From IMG/VR virus record IMGVR_UViG_3300025133_000065: a DNA stretch of 20,000 bases; one strand, 5' to 3'. This document shows, in pieces, positions 1-9,640 of this stretch (position 1 is its first letter; each line of letters begins with the position of its first letter). The stretch is from an uncultured virus (IMG/VR IMGVR_UViG_3300025133_000065). Its lineage: Duplodnaviria > Heunggongvirae > Uroviricota > Caudoviricetes. The notes under the pieces are model-generated. The model saw only the letters and a list, made by a program, of their open reading frames with translations. It did not search any database and had not been told where the DNA came from. Made by a program: the position numbers and the translations under genes.

Positions 1-713
<713 letters not shown>

Positions 714-724
<11 letters not shown>

Positions 725-1643
725 TTTTAACACCTCTAACCTTTGGATAATTTATTATAAACCAATCACAAGTCTTTTTTAAACCTTCTTTTAACGATAT
801 GTAATATTCTTTTTTCCACCCCAAGTCAAGCAACCTTTGGTTTGAACTTGGCTTTCTATGTTGTCCAGATGGCTGGTTTGTTTGCCACTCTAGCTCACCA
901 TCGTATCCTAGAATATCGCATATCATCTCTACAATTTCTTTGATGGAATATTCATCTGTGTTACCAATATTGATTGGTTCTGGTTCATCGTAGTTTTCCA
1001 TCAAGAATAGGAGAATACGGGCAATATCTTCTGAGTATGTGAACTCACGAAGTGGTGAGCCATCGCCCCAGCAGAATACAGAAGGTTCTTTATTTATTTT
1101 AGCCTCCCAAACCTTGCGGATAAGCGCCGGAATAACATGGCTGTTTTCTAAATCAAAGTTGTCATTCTCGCCGTAAAGATTGTTTGGGATTGCTGTAATA
1201 AAGTTACAACCGTATTGCTGCCTATAAGCTCTGGACATAACATCAACCATCCTTTTTGCATAGGCGTAGCCAAAATTAGAATGGTGCGGTGGTCCAAGAT
1301 GTAGTTGGTCTTCTGTGAGCGGGTAGTTAATGTATGGAGCGTCTGGATAAACACAAGTTGATAAGAGCGAAAGGACTTTATTTGCTCCTGTTTGATGCGC
1401 CGAATATAGAATTCTTTCGTTTAGATTGGCATTCTCCATATAGAAGTTGGCAACTTGCTCGGTATTTGCCTTCACGCCGCCCACTTTAGCTGCAAGGTGG
1501 ATTACTTGCTTATCAGTAAAATTCCCCTTGTAATAAGCATTCCTAGTCATATCCTCTAATTGAAAACGATTCGGATATTCTGCTTCTGGTAAAATTCGCT
1601 TAAATGCAGAGCCCACCATCCCTGTACCACCTGTAATAATCAT
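714..1643 (-). CDS. fcl: GDP-L-fucose synthase (GDP-4-keto-6-deoxymannose epimerase/reductase; Fcl/WcaG/ColC family)
   Basis: GGTGMVG Rossmann motif, LAAKVGG, LSTCVYP, YAYAK (YxxxK), NLYG, HVIPALI, WGDGSPLREF. Start set at ATG 1643 (MIITGG), just after the upstream stop, rather than 1688. Confidence 0.9.
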
Positions 1644-1653
1644 TTTATAAAAT

Positions 1654-2604
1654 TCACCATATAAAATTGTTTTTGTAAAATTTAACAATTTCTCCTATTT
1701 CATCATCAAACCGTCTTTTTGGCTCCCAGCCAATAGATCTCAAACGTTCATCATCCAAAGCATATCTAATATCTTGACCAGTTCTATTATAAGAAAAATC
1801 AACATAATCATCAATATCAATTTTGCTTTTAAAGAAACTTTTTAATATTTGTGAGACAGTTGTCAGATTATTTTGCTCAAAACCGCCAGATACATTAAAA
1901 ATTTTGTTGGTTTGTCTTGATTCAATAATTTTTATAACTGCTCTGGCTGTGTCATCTGCGTGCAACCAAGTCCTAATTGGCTTTCCACCATCATGTAATC
2001 TAATCTTTTTACCACGAACTAAATTTTTAACTGCTAAAGGAATAAGCTTTTCTGGATATTGCCCTATTCCATAATTATTGGTAGGTCGCAAAATAATATA
2101 TTTTACATTATAAGTTCTTGCCCAAGCATAAACCAGCATGTCCGCTGCTGCTTTAGCTGCTGAATAAGGATTGCTTGGCTTTAAAAGGTCGTCCTCTTTA
2201 TGGAAGCCATCATCAATATCACCATAAACTTCATCAGTACTAAAGTGAAAAAATATTGGTCTCTCGTTGCAATTTTCTTGTTTATGCCTTATTAATTCCA
2301 ATAAATTTTGTGTACCAGCGACATTGCTGTCCAAAAACTTCTTACTATCGACGATACTATTACCGACATGCGATTCCGCAGCAAGGTTAATAATGTAATC
2401 ACAGTCATATAGGTGAGTCATATCCTTAATATCAATTTTTTCAAAAGCGAAGTTTTTACATTTCTCAAATTCCTTCAAGGATTCGATACTAGCTGCGTAA
2501 GTGCATTTATCGACTCCATATACCATCCAACCTTTTTCAAGGCATCTACGGGTCACATAGGAGCCTATAAAGCCTAAACAGCCTGTGATATATACCACCT
2601 TCAT
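1654..2604 (-). CDS. rfbB: dTDP-glucose 4,6-dehydratase-like (RmlB/RfbB family)
   Basis: GCLGFIG, TYAA, LAAESHV, STDEVYG (dehydratase T-D-E), YSAAK, NNYG..QYPEKLIP, GQDIRY. ATGA overlap with the upstream gene and GGAG SD. Confidence 0.85.
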   Translation of the reverse strand: MKVVYITGCLGFIGSYVTRRCLEKGWMVYGVDKCTYAASIESLKEFEKCKNFAFEKIDIKDMTHLYDCDYIINLAAESHVGNSIVDSKKFLDSNVAGTQNLLELIRHKQENCNERPIFFHFSTDEVYGDIDDGFHKEDDLLKPSNPYSAAKAAADMLVYAWARTYNVKYIILRPTNNYGIGQYPEKLIPLAVKNLVRGKKIRLHDGGKPIRTWLHADDTARAVIKIIESRQTNKIFNVSGGFEQNNLTTVSQILKSFFKSKIDIDDYVDFSYNRTGQDIRYALDDERLRSIGWEPKRRFDDEIGEIVKFYKNNFIW

Positions 2605-3956
2605 AATTTCTGCTCCTTGAAAAATGAATCAACAACTTTTTGTATGTATTCAATCTTCTCATCTGTTATGCCTATGTAAGTTCCAAGAAAAAAAGTATTG
2701 CCTGTAACATAAGATGCAACTGGGAATGATTTTGTTATATCGTCATAATCCGCTGACAGCTTCTCATAAGCTGGATGTGCTAATGCGTTCCCCGTAAAAT
2801 AAGATCTCGTTTGAATTTTGTTTTTTTCAAGGTGGTTTACAAATTCCTGTTTATCAAAAACACAATCTTTTTTTAAAGTTAAAAGGAATCCAAACCAACA
2901 AGGATCAGAGTTTTTAGTAGCATACGGTAAATGAAAATGTTTTTCATACTTTAAGAAGATGTTTTTTAATTTAGTAAAGTTTTCTCTCCTCGCAGAATCC
3001 ATGGCAGGGAGCTTTTTTAACTGCTCAAGACCCATTGCCCCTTGCAGATCTAAAGGTTTTAAATTATATCCGATTTCATCAAAAACATATCTATGATCGT
3101 AGATAGCCTCTGGCATTTTATCAAACCAAGCTTTGAACCTATTACCGCAGGCTGTGCCATCGATCACACAACCGGGCTTGATATCGTTGCAATAGCAAGC
3201 TCTCCCCCAGTCGCGAAAACTTGCTAAAGACTTTCGTATTTTTCCGCTATTAGTGGCGACAAAGCCGCCCTCAGCCATGGACATGTGGTGTGCAGGAAAA
3301 AACGAACAAGTGGATATGTGCCCATATGAACCAAGCTTTTTATTATTATATGTAGATCCAAGAGCATCACAAGCGTCTTCTATAAAAATTAGATCATATT
3401 TTTCTACGAGATTCATTAATCGCTCCATATCTGGAGGGTTCCCCAAAACATGTGCAAACATTATACCCCTAATATCAGGATCTTCCTTTAATTTTTGTTC
3501 AACCTGATCTAAATTTAAATTTAGGTTTGGTAGTTCGACATCAACAAAAACTGGCTTGAATCCATTTTGAATAATGGGATTTATTGTTGTTGGAAAACAA
3601 ACTACCGGGGTTATAAACTTGTCACCCTCTTTTAAAGAAAATGTATTTTTTGATTTAAGACATGAAACGGCTAACAAGTTTGCAGAACTGCCAGAATTAG
3701 TTAATATGCCTCTCTTTTTTCCAAGATATTTTGGGAACTGCATCTCAAACAACTTATTATTTTTACCAAAAATTACCCAATCGTTTGAAAAGTCATCAAG
3801 TATCACTTTTACGGCTGCTAATATTTCATCTTTATCGTAATTGAGACCAGAATAAGAAACCCAATCTGTACCGGGTTTCCAAGTATCCTTACTTCTTTTT
3901 TCCTCATAATATTCAGAAACAAGTTCTAATATCTGTTTTCTTTTTTGATCAAACAT
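2601..3956 (-). CDS. rfbH: NDP-4-keto-6-deoxyglucose 3-dehydrase (RfbH/DdhC E1 type; PMP and [2Fe-2S] dependent, DegT/DnrJ fold)
   Basis: NSGSSANLLA, FPTTINPI, HVLGNP, EDACDALG, FFPAHH (His in place of the Schiff-base Lys of aminotransferases), RDWGRACYC...C...C Cys cluster, YDHRY..GYNLKPLDLQ. Confidence 0.88.
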   Translation of the reverse strand: MFDQKRKQILELVSEYYEEKRSKDTWKPGTDWVSYSGLNYDKDEILAAVKVILDDFSNDWVIFGKNNKLFEMQFPKYLGKKRGILTNSGSSANLLAVSCLKSKNTFSLKEGDKFITPVVCFPTTINPIIQNGFKPVFVDVELPNLNLNLDQVEQKLKEDPDIRGIMFAHVLGNPPDMERLMNLVEKYDLIFIEDACDALGSTYNNKKLGSYGHISTCSFFPAHHMSMAEGGFVATNSGKIRKSLASFRDWGRACYCNDIKPGCVIDGTACGNRFKAWFDKMPEAIYDHRYVFDEIGYNLKPLDLQGAMGLEQLKKLPAMDSARRENFTKLKNIFLKYEKHFHLPYATKNSDPCWFGFLLTLKKDCVFDKQEFVNHLEKNKIQTRSYFTGNALAHPAYEKLSADYDDITKSFPVASYVTGNTFFLGTYIGITDEKIEYIQKVVDSFFKEQKL

Positions 3957-4793
3957 TTAAATAAATTTTCCAATAATGTTTTTTAGTTCTTTTTCTAAAC
4001 CAGAAAGTTCTATATTCATAGTATCTAACTTGTTCGATTTCCCAGTGTATGAGTTTGCCATCTCTCTTTGTTGAACTAATATTTTGCTTTTACTTTTCAA
4101 GTTAGATTTTATCATTTTTGCCATCTGTTTTAAAGTATATTTTTTTTTATATACAGCGTTTAGGTCTTTTGGTAACGATTCTTTCTCATTATCAAAATAA
4201 AATTTCAATATTTTACAAAGATCATCTGATGATATGAAATCCATAAATTTATCTTGATGTATTATGAGAGGTTCACCTTTCAAAGCATTCTTTATGTTTG
4301 TCTTCAAAAACCTACTTTCTTTTTCATATATGCCAAAGCAACCAAATATTCTTATGTTGAAAAGCTTATCATACTTGTATATTTCTTTGGTTATGATGTT
4401 TTTTGACAATCCATAATAATCTTTTGGGTTTTTCTCGTAGATTTCGTTCTCTGAACAATCGTTTATTTCTGATGCTCTGTCAAACTCTGCTCCAGAACCA
4501 AAGTTTATCAGTTTGCCAAAAGCATCTCTATTGTCTACAAGATTCTTAAACATTTGTATGTTATTTAAAAAATCTTGTAGAGTGTCTTCTCTGCCTCTAA
4601 CACCGCCGTTTATTGCACAATTGATGACGACATCGTAATACCGAATATTAAAAAATTTACGAGTTTGTTCGGCAGATGTTAAATCAAAATCCTTTCTTGT
4701 AGAAAAACATAAGTCATACTCGCTGTTAAAAAAGTAGTCTTTAATCTGTTTTGCCAAAAAGCTATTTTCAGCAATTACTAATATCTTTTTCAT
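3957..4793 (-). CDS. NAD(P)-dependent epimerase/reductase (extended SDR) with degenerate N-terminal glycine motif
   Basis: DVVINCA, FGSGAEF, YYGLSK (YxxxK), RIFGCFG and DFISSDDL match NDP-sugar SDRs. The expected GxxGxxG reads AENSFLA. Confidence 0.75.
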   Translation of the reverse strand: MKKILVIAENSFLAKQIKDYFFNSEYDLCFSTRKDFDLTSAEQTRKFFNIRYYDVVINCAINGGVRGREDTLQDFLNNIQMFKNLVDNRDAFGKLINFGSGAEFDRASEINDCSENEIYEKNPKDYYGLSKNIITKEIYKYDKLFNIRIFGCFGIYEKESRFLKTNIKNALKGEPLIIHQDKFMDFISSDDLCKILKFYFDNEKESLPKDLNAVYKKKYTLKQMAKMIKSNLKSKSKILVQQREMANSYTGKSNKLDTMNIELSGLEKELKNIIGKFI

Positions 4794-5266
4794 CTCTTTA
4801 AATTAATGTAGTATGGAGAATTGTCGTTAATGCTGCTCATCAATGCAGCTTTTATTTGTTTAGTGCCTTGTGGGTGAATCATTTTTATGTTTTCAAAGCA
4901 CGACATAACTTTTTTATCTTCTTCAGCCCAGTGCGAAAATCCAAGATAACCGTAATCTCTATCTCTACCGCCGCCGATAAGTTTTACTGGAACTTGTTCG
5001 TGATCAATATAATTTCTAATAACTTCAAACGGACGATATATCAGGAAAGGTGTTATGGAATATACAAATGGTATTTTTCCCTCCATTGCCATACCTACAG
5101 CAGCACCTAATAATAGTTGTTCTGAAGAACCAACGTTCCAAAACCTGTTGGGGTAGTCGATCCTAATCCTATCCCACAGTCCGTAACCTAAATCTCCTGT
5201 TAATAGGACAATATTTTCATTTTTGCCCATTTCTCTATGAAGAAGTTTACTAAACTCTTTTCTCAT
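4790..5266 (-). CDS. Transketolase-like pyrimidine-binding subunit (short; no C-terminal domain)
   Basis: LLTGDLG, FWNVGSSEQLLLGAAVGMA (GIAEQ-like), PFLIYRPFEVIR, GFSHWAEED, ends PYYINL. Only 158 aa. Confidence 0.85.
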   Translation of the reverse strand: MRKEFSKLLHREMGKNENIVLLTGDLGYGLWDRIRIDYPNRFWNVGSSEQLLLGAAVGMAMEGKIPFVYSITPFLIYRPFEVIRNYIDHEQVPVKLIGGGRDRDYGYLGFSHWAEEDKKVMSCFENIKMIHPQGTKQIKAALMSSINDNSPYYINLKR

Positions 5267-5885
5267 TTATTTCCCTTTTTGCTAGTTGGTAGTCTTCTTC
5301 TGACATTATATGATAATGTGCATTTAACCCGCTTAAAAATTCAAATTGGTTTACACTTGTGTAAACCAAATTTATTTCAGGTAAAAATGTTTTTAACCTT
5401 TTTGACAAATAATCAGTATCCACGGTATCATAAGCAGCATACCCATTAATGTTTACATATACTTTAATGTTTTTAAGATTATTCTCGTAAATAAATTTTA
5501 AACCTTCCCAAATAGACCCCTCAGCACACTCTCCATCGCTTATTAAACAATATATCTCTCTACTTGGATCTGCCATTGCCCTGCCAATAGCAACAAGAAG
5601 ACCCATACCAAGACTCCCAGTTGAGCAGAAAAGGTGATTTTCTTCATCTCTGTGGGGGTGACCACCATGCTTTAGAAACAAGTCATTCGCATCAACCCCC
5701 TTATACTTTTCAATTACTGCGTACAGAGCGACGGCGCAATGACCAGACGATAAAATAAAAATATCATCACTTTTCATTTCTGAATAAATTTTATCTATTA
5801 TTCCCACACTTGAAAAATAAGAACCAAGGTGTGAAAGTTTATTCTCATAGCATATATCAAGTATTCGTTCTTTTAGTTTTTCCAT
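5250..5885 (-). CDS. Transketolase-like ThDP-binding (N-terminal) subunit
   Basis: SHLGS, FILSSGH, STGSLGMGL, SDGECAEGSIWE...NIN (GDG-x-N ThDP motif variant). Start at 5885 (MEKLKE) or 5897. Confidence 0.85.
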   Translation of the reverse strand: MEKLKERILDICYENKLSHLGSYFSSVGIIDKIYSEMKSDDIFILSSGHCAVALYAVIEKYKGVDANDLFLKHGGHPHRDEENHLFCSTGSLGMGLLVAIGRAMADPSREIYCLISDGECAEGSIWEGLKFIYENNLKNIKVYVNINGYAAYDTVDTDYLSKRLKTFLPEINLVYTSVNQFEFLSGLNAHYHIMSEEDYQLAKREINEKRV

Positions 5886-6607
5886 CTCTTTTGCCATTCT
5901 TCTCTTATCAAAACATCATATTTTGTCTCTTCGCGGTGCATACCCCATGTACTCTGTTGATCGTTCCATCTATAGTAATATCCCAACCATTTAGGAAATG
6001 GATAAATAAAAATGTTTTGGTCTGCCAGTGAAAAATATAATTCATAATCTGATACACCTAAATACATATCTGATCGCCACTTAACTTTACCATCATCATA
6101 TAACTTCTTCTTAACTACTATTGAAGGTGTTGTAACGGGGCACCCTTGAAGCAACTTTTCTTTAAATTCTGATAAACTTTTATACTGGTGTTTTATCACA
6201 TTCACTACTTTGTTCTCTGACTCCCTTACACAGTATAAAGGACTTTGCATAATAGAGATTTTATTTGTTTTTGACAAAATATTATAGATGTTCTGAATAT
6301 AGTTTTCATCAAGATAGTCGTCTGATCCAAGTATAGTAAAGTAATCACCCGAAGCAAGTCTTAATGCTTCCTCTACTGGTTCCTGGTAAGAGTGCCTATA
6401 AATGTTTTTTGCTGATGACATCATTAGTTCAGAGTATTCAGATTGAATTTTCTTAACTAAATCAACTGACCCATCTGTGCTTTCGTTGTCAACAAATATT
6501 ACTTCTAAATTTTTATAAGTTTGTTTAAGTGCGGATAAAACACACTGAGTGATCCATTTTTCACTATTGTAGCATGGAATTATTATTGTAAACTTTACGT
6601 CATTCAT
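5873..6607 (-). CDS. Glycosyltransferase family 2 (GT-A fold)
   Basis: FTIIIPCYN, VIFVDNESTDGS, ILGSDD (DxD-like), SDYEL, YYYR. Confidence 0.88.
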   Translation of the reverse strand: MNDVKFTIIIPCYNSEKWITQCVLSALKQTYKNLEVIFVDNESTDGSVDLVKKIQSEYSELMMSSAKNIYRHSYQEPVEEALRLASGDYFTILGSDDYLDENYIQNIYNILSKTNKISIMQSPLYCVRESENKVVNVIKHQYKSLSEFKEKLLQGCPVTTPSIVVKKKLYDDGKVKWRSDMYLGVSDYELYFSLADQNIFIYPFPKWLGYYYRWNDQQSTWGMHREETKYDVLIREEWQKRWKN

Positions 6608-7511
6608 CTAACATTTTTCCTACTCTATGGATGTAAGTGTGACCTGCTAAAACAAGTTTTCTGTTATCATTTGCGATGTCCTGTCTTTCACTCTCACTCA
6701 TGTTAACATATTCTTTTACATATTTCAGTATTTTTTGTGGTTCATTGCTATTTTTAAGATTAGGGAAAAGACAATTTTGTTGTTCTATTTGGTCTGAGAC
6801 CATTATTCCATTTAAACCCAAAGATTTAAAAGTTCTTTCGTTTGTATCTCGACCGTGAACTCTTTGATACTTATCATGAATGTTCAAACAAACTTTACTA
6901 TTTGCTAATATTTTATTCTCTATATTGTGAGAAATCGCCTTATTAATAAAGAATCCACACTTTAAATCCGACTTCACAAAAGCAGAAAAAGTATCTATTA
7001 ATATTTTCTTCTTTTCATTAAATCCATTGTTTGCCCACCCACCTATGAAACAAACATCATATCTAAATTTTTCGTCTAATATTTTTTTATAATTTAAGTT
7101 GTCAAATGCTAAAGGTAAAGTATTCACAAAACCCCAATCAGAGTAATAGTTTTTAAAATTTTCATCTTTTAAGTCAGCGAATGTCCACTTATAAACATTT
7201 TTGTATGATGCCATCTCTTTTCTTAGAGGTTCTTTCAAGTTGGATATGAAATTAGGGTGATTGCCCCAGGGCAAATCATATTGTGTGGGTTGTACAAACA
7301 AAAAAGTCTTTTTTGATTGACTTATTGTTGAGAGGTGTCCCTCTTCAATCTCCCATTCTCTCAGAAATAAGAAGTAATTCCCATCTAAATTTTTAAAATT
7401 TTCTACCTCTTCAACCTTAAAATTGAAATGAGCAAACGCAGACTGATATCCTTTTATAATTGGTTCCCATGCGCCTTTAATCTTATTTTTTAAAAATACA
7501 ACTCTAGTCAT
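6600..7511 (-). CDS. Glycosyltransferase, CgeB/Glyco_trans_1_2-like (GT-B)
   Basis: LPLAFD, YDVCFIGG, LANSKVCLNIH, NERTFK, C-terminal HTYIHRV. Confidence 0.75.
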   Translation of the reverse strand: MTRVVFLKNKIKGAWEPIIKGYQSAFAHFNFKVEEVENFKNLDGNYFLFLREWEIEEGHLSTISQSKKTFLFVQPTQYDLPWGNHPNFISNLKEPLRKEMASYKNVYKWTFADLKDENFKNYYSDWGFVNTLPLAFDNLNYKKILDEKFRYDVCFIGGWANNGFNEKKKILIDTFSAFVKSDLKCGFFINKAISHNIENKILANSKVCLNIHDKYQRVHGRDTNERTFKSLGLNGIMVSDQIEQQNCLFPNLKNSNEPQKILKYVKEYVNMSESERQDIANDNRKLVLAGHTYIHRVGKMLDE

Positions 7512-8355
7512 TAAATTTCTCTAATATTATTTTACCTACTTTCTCTTTAGTAGTCCGCATTTCTGAAATGATCTCTTCTGGATCTGAGTTAAACCACTCT
7601 TCATATTTTGCGCCAACGTATCCGTTTGTTATAACTTTACAACCCATCATCTTCGCTTCAACACATATTCTACTAAAAGTTTCAGGTATTGTTGGTAAAA
7701 AAATTAATTTTTCGTTTTTGGATATTTTTTTTAAAAAATTATAATAATTTTTATCAGATATTAATTCGTAATTAATATTTTTTTTCTCACAATATTGAAT
7801 AGACTTTTTTGTACCCTTATTTATAAGAGGAGATTCCATTATTGAACACAAACTATACTTATCGCCGTGAATATTTTTTTCAATTTCTATAAAATCCTCA
7901 TCAGACCATAAGTTGCCTGAAAGGTTTATCACATTGCCCGTATCTATATTTAAATCGATTATTTTTTTATGAAAATCTGACTGAGCAATGACCGTTGTGG
8001 CGTTTTTATAAAAAGAATAGTTAACTATTTTGCTTTTTGGCGCTTTTAGATTGTAAAATAGCGAGGGAATTCTTCTTCTAAGATACTTGTGATCGTGTTC
8101 ATAAATTATATATGAAAATTTTTGTTGAATATAACTTTTGCTTTTTTCTGACAAGTTAATAAAATTTGATATTATTATCTTCGTATCATTATCTATTTTT
8201 GAAAGAGCGTCAAGTCCAGCGTTATGCGACTTGATTCTCTGTACATCATAACCAGCATTTTTTAATAGTTCAAATAATATTTGATCATTGTATTCAGCGC
8301 CGCCGCCATATGGAAGGTCCTCCAGAAAAAAATCAGATATTAACAATAATTTCAT
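7504..8355 (-). CDS. Putative GT-B glycosyltransferase (GT4-like, short)
   Basis: N-terminal GGGAE and C-terminal PETFSRICVEAKMMGCKVITN (E-x7-E signature). Confidence 0.72.
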   Translation of the reverse strand: MKLLLISDFFLEDLPYGGGAEYNDQILFELLKNAGYDVQRIKSHNAGLDALSKIDNDTKIIISNFINLSEKSKSYIQQKFSYIIYEHDHKYLRRRIPSLFYNLKAPKSKIVNYSFYKNATTVIAQSDFHKKIIDLNIDTGNVINLSGNLWSDEDFIEIEKNIHGDKYSLCSIMESPLINKGTKKSIQYCEKKNINYELISDKNYYNFLKKISKNEKLIFLPTIPETFSRICVEAKMMGCKVITNGYVGAKYEEWFNSDPEEIISEMRTTKEKVGKIILEKFND

Positions 8356-8356
8356 T

Positions 8357-9640
8357 TTAAGCTTCGTCTATTAGATCAAGGTCCCCTAGCCACTTTTCAA
8401 CTTCAAATAAGCCCTCATTGTGTATAATATTGACAAAAGAGTCATTTATCTTTTCTTCGGTGAATGTGCTTAAAACCTGATCCTTAAGTCTCTTTGCCTG
8501 CCCAGAACACAACCCATAGTTCTCGTAACACTGCCTCATTGCTATTTGGCAAGAACCCCAGTGTGGATAAGCCCATTCACTCTCTGGTTGTAAGACCCCA
8601 TCCCATACAGCTTCTTTCTGAATTGGCTTTAGGTCAAACGATACTTTACTGAAGTGCGGTCTTAACTTTTCCTTACCTTTCTTATTTCTCTTTGGTGCAT
8701 ACAAAAAGTCTTTTTGACCACCCCAATCATGAGTAATAACGGGCAATCCAACTGCTGCCGCTTCAAAAAGAGGCAATCCATATCCCTCCCCATGACCAAA
8801 GTTTATCATTGCCTTAATTTTTGGGTGAGTATAGAGAGAACTTAGTTCTTCTTTTGTAAAGTACCCATGCAATAGATGGACTGAACACGTTCTTTCTGGG
8901 TATTTTGCTAAGATGTTGTCTATTCTTCTTTTTGTCTCATAGAAATCAATTGTTGATCCGTCTTTAACCGAAACTTTTAAAACCAATCCAACTTCATCGT
9001 CCTTAAACTCATCTAAAAAGTATTTAATTGTGCCTTCAATGTTTTTTCTTGGTCCCCACTGGGCCACACAAAGAAAGTTGAAATTGTGTTTAAACTTCAG
9101 ATTTTTATGAAGACAAGTTGAAGGCTCCATAAACTCTTTTTCCACAGGATAATGGACTACTTCAATTGGCTTTTGAACTGTTAGTTTAACTTCATTTCCA
9201 GCCTGATCTTTGACGTTCCAGACAGCGTTAGTAAACGATTCTCTTGAGAATTCTGATGGGACAATAATTTTATCAACAAATAAATTTGCTGCCTCTAACC
9301 AATGTGGAGAAACACGATCTGATTCAATTCCTGCACAAACGCCAATATTTTCAGGGGCCGCTCTGTATTGCTTCCATTCTGATGGAATAGTCACCATAAT
9401 TGTAGTATCAAAAGGAAGTTTTTGATTCATATGAGCAAAAGTTTTGTTTATAAGCTCATCGATGTCTTGCCTTTCTTTTGTATCTTCCGATGTCCAGCTT
9501 GTGGCACCCCAGTTAACAGGATTAATAAAAATTTCGAATAAATCTTCCCTGCTTTTAAGAGCACGATAGACCATTCTTGCATGTTCGCCATAACCAGATT
9601 GTGTTAAAATTGGTCCTACTAATAATACTTTCTTTTTCAT
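8357..9640 (-). CDS. Glycosyltransferase family 4-like (GT-B)
   Basis: SGYG, IIVPSEF, FLCVAQWGPRKN, HGEGYGLPLFEAAAVGLPVI (E-x7-E). GGAGG SD and ATGA overlap. Confidence 0.88.
   Translation of the reverse strand: MKKKVLLVGPILTQSGYGEHARMVYRALKSREDLFEIFINPVNWGATSWTSEDTKERQDIDELINKTFAHMNQKLPFDTTIMVTIPSEWKQYRAAPENIGVCAGIESDRVSPHWLEAANLFVDKIIVPSEFSRESFTNAVWNVKDQAGNEVKLTVQKPIEVVHYPVEKEFMEPSTCLHKNLKFKHNFNFLCVAQWGPRKNIEGTIKYFLDEFKDDEVGLVLKVSVKDGSTIDFYETKRRIDNILAKYPERTCSVHLLHGYFTKEELSSLYTHPKIKAMINFGHGEGYGLPLFEAAAVGLPVITHDWGGQKDFLYAPKRNKKGKEKLRPHFSKVSFDLKPIQKEAVWDGVLQPESEWAYPHWGSCQIAMRQCYENYGLCSGQAKRLKDQVLSTFTEEKINDSFVNIIHNEGLFEVEKWLGDLDLIDEA

Noticed and set aside
2601..3956. DegT/PerA-type sugar aminotransferase (e.g. 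perosamine synthase alongside gmd)
   Set aside because: The active-site position has His (PAHH) rather than Lys and the E1-type Cys cluster is present, indicating a 3-dehydrase.
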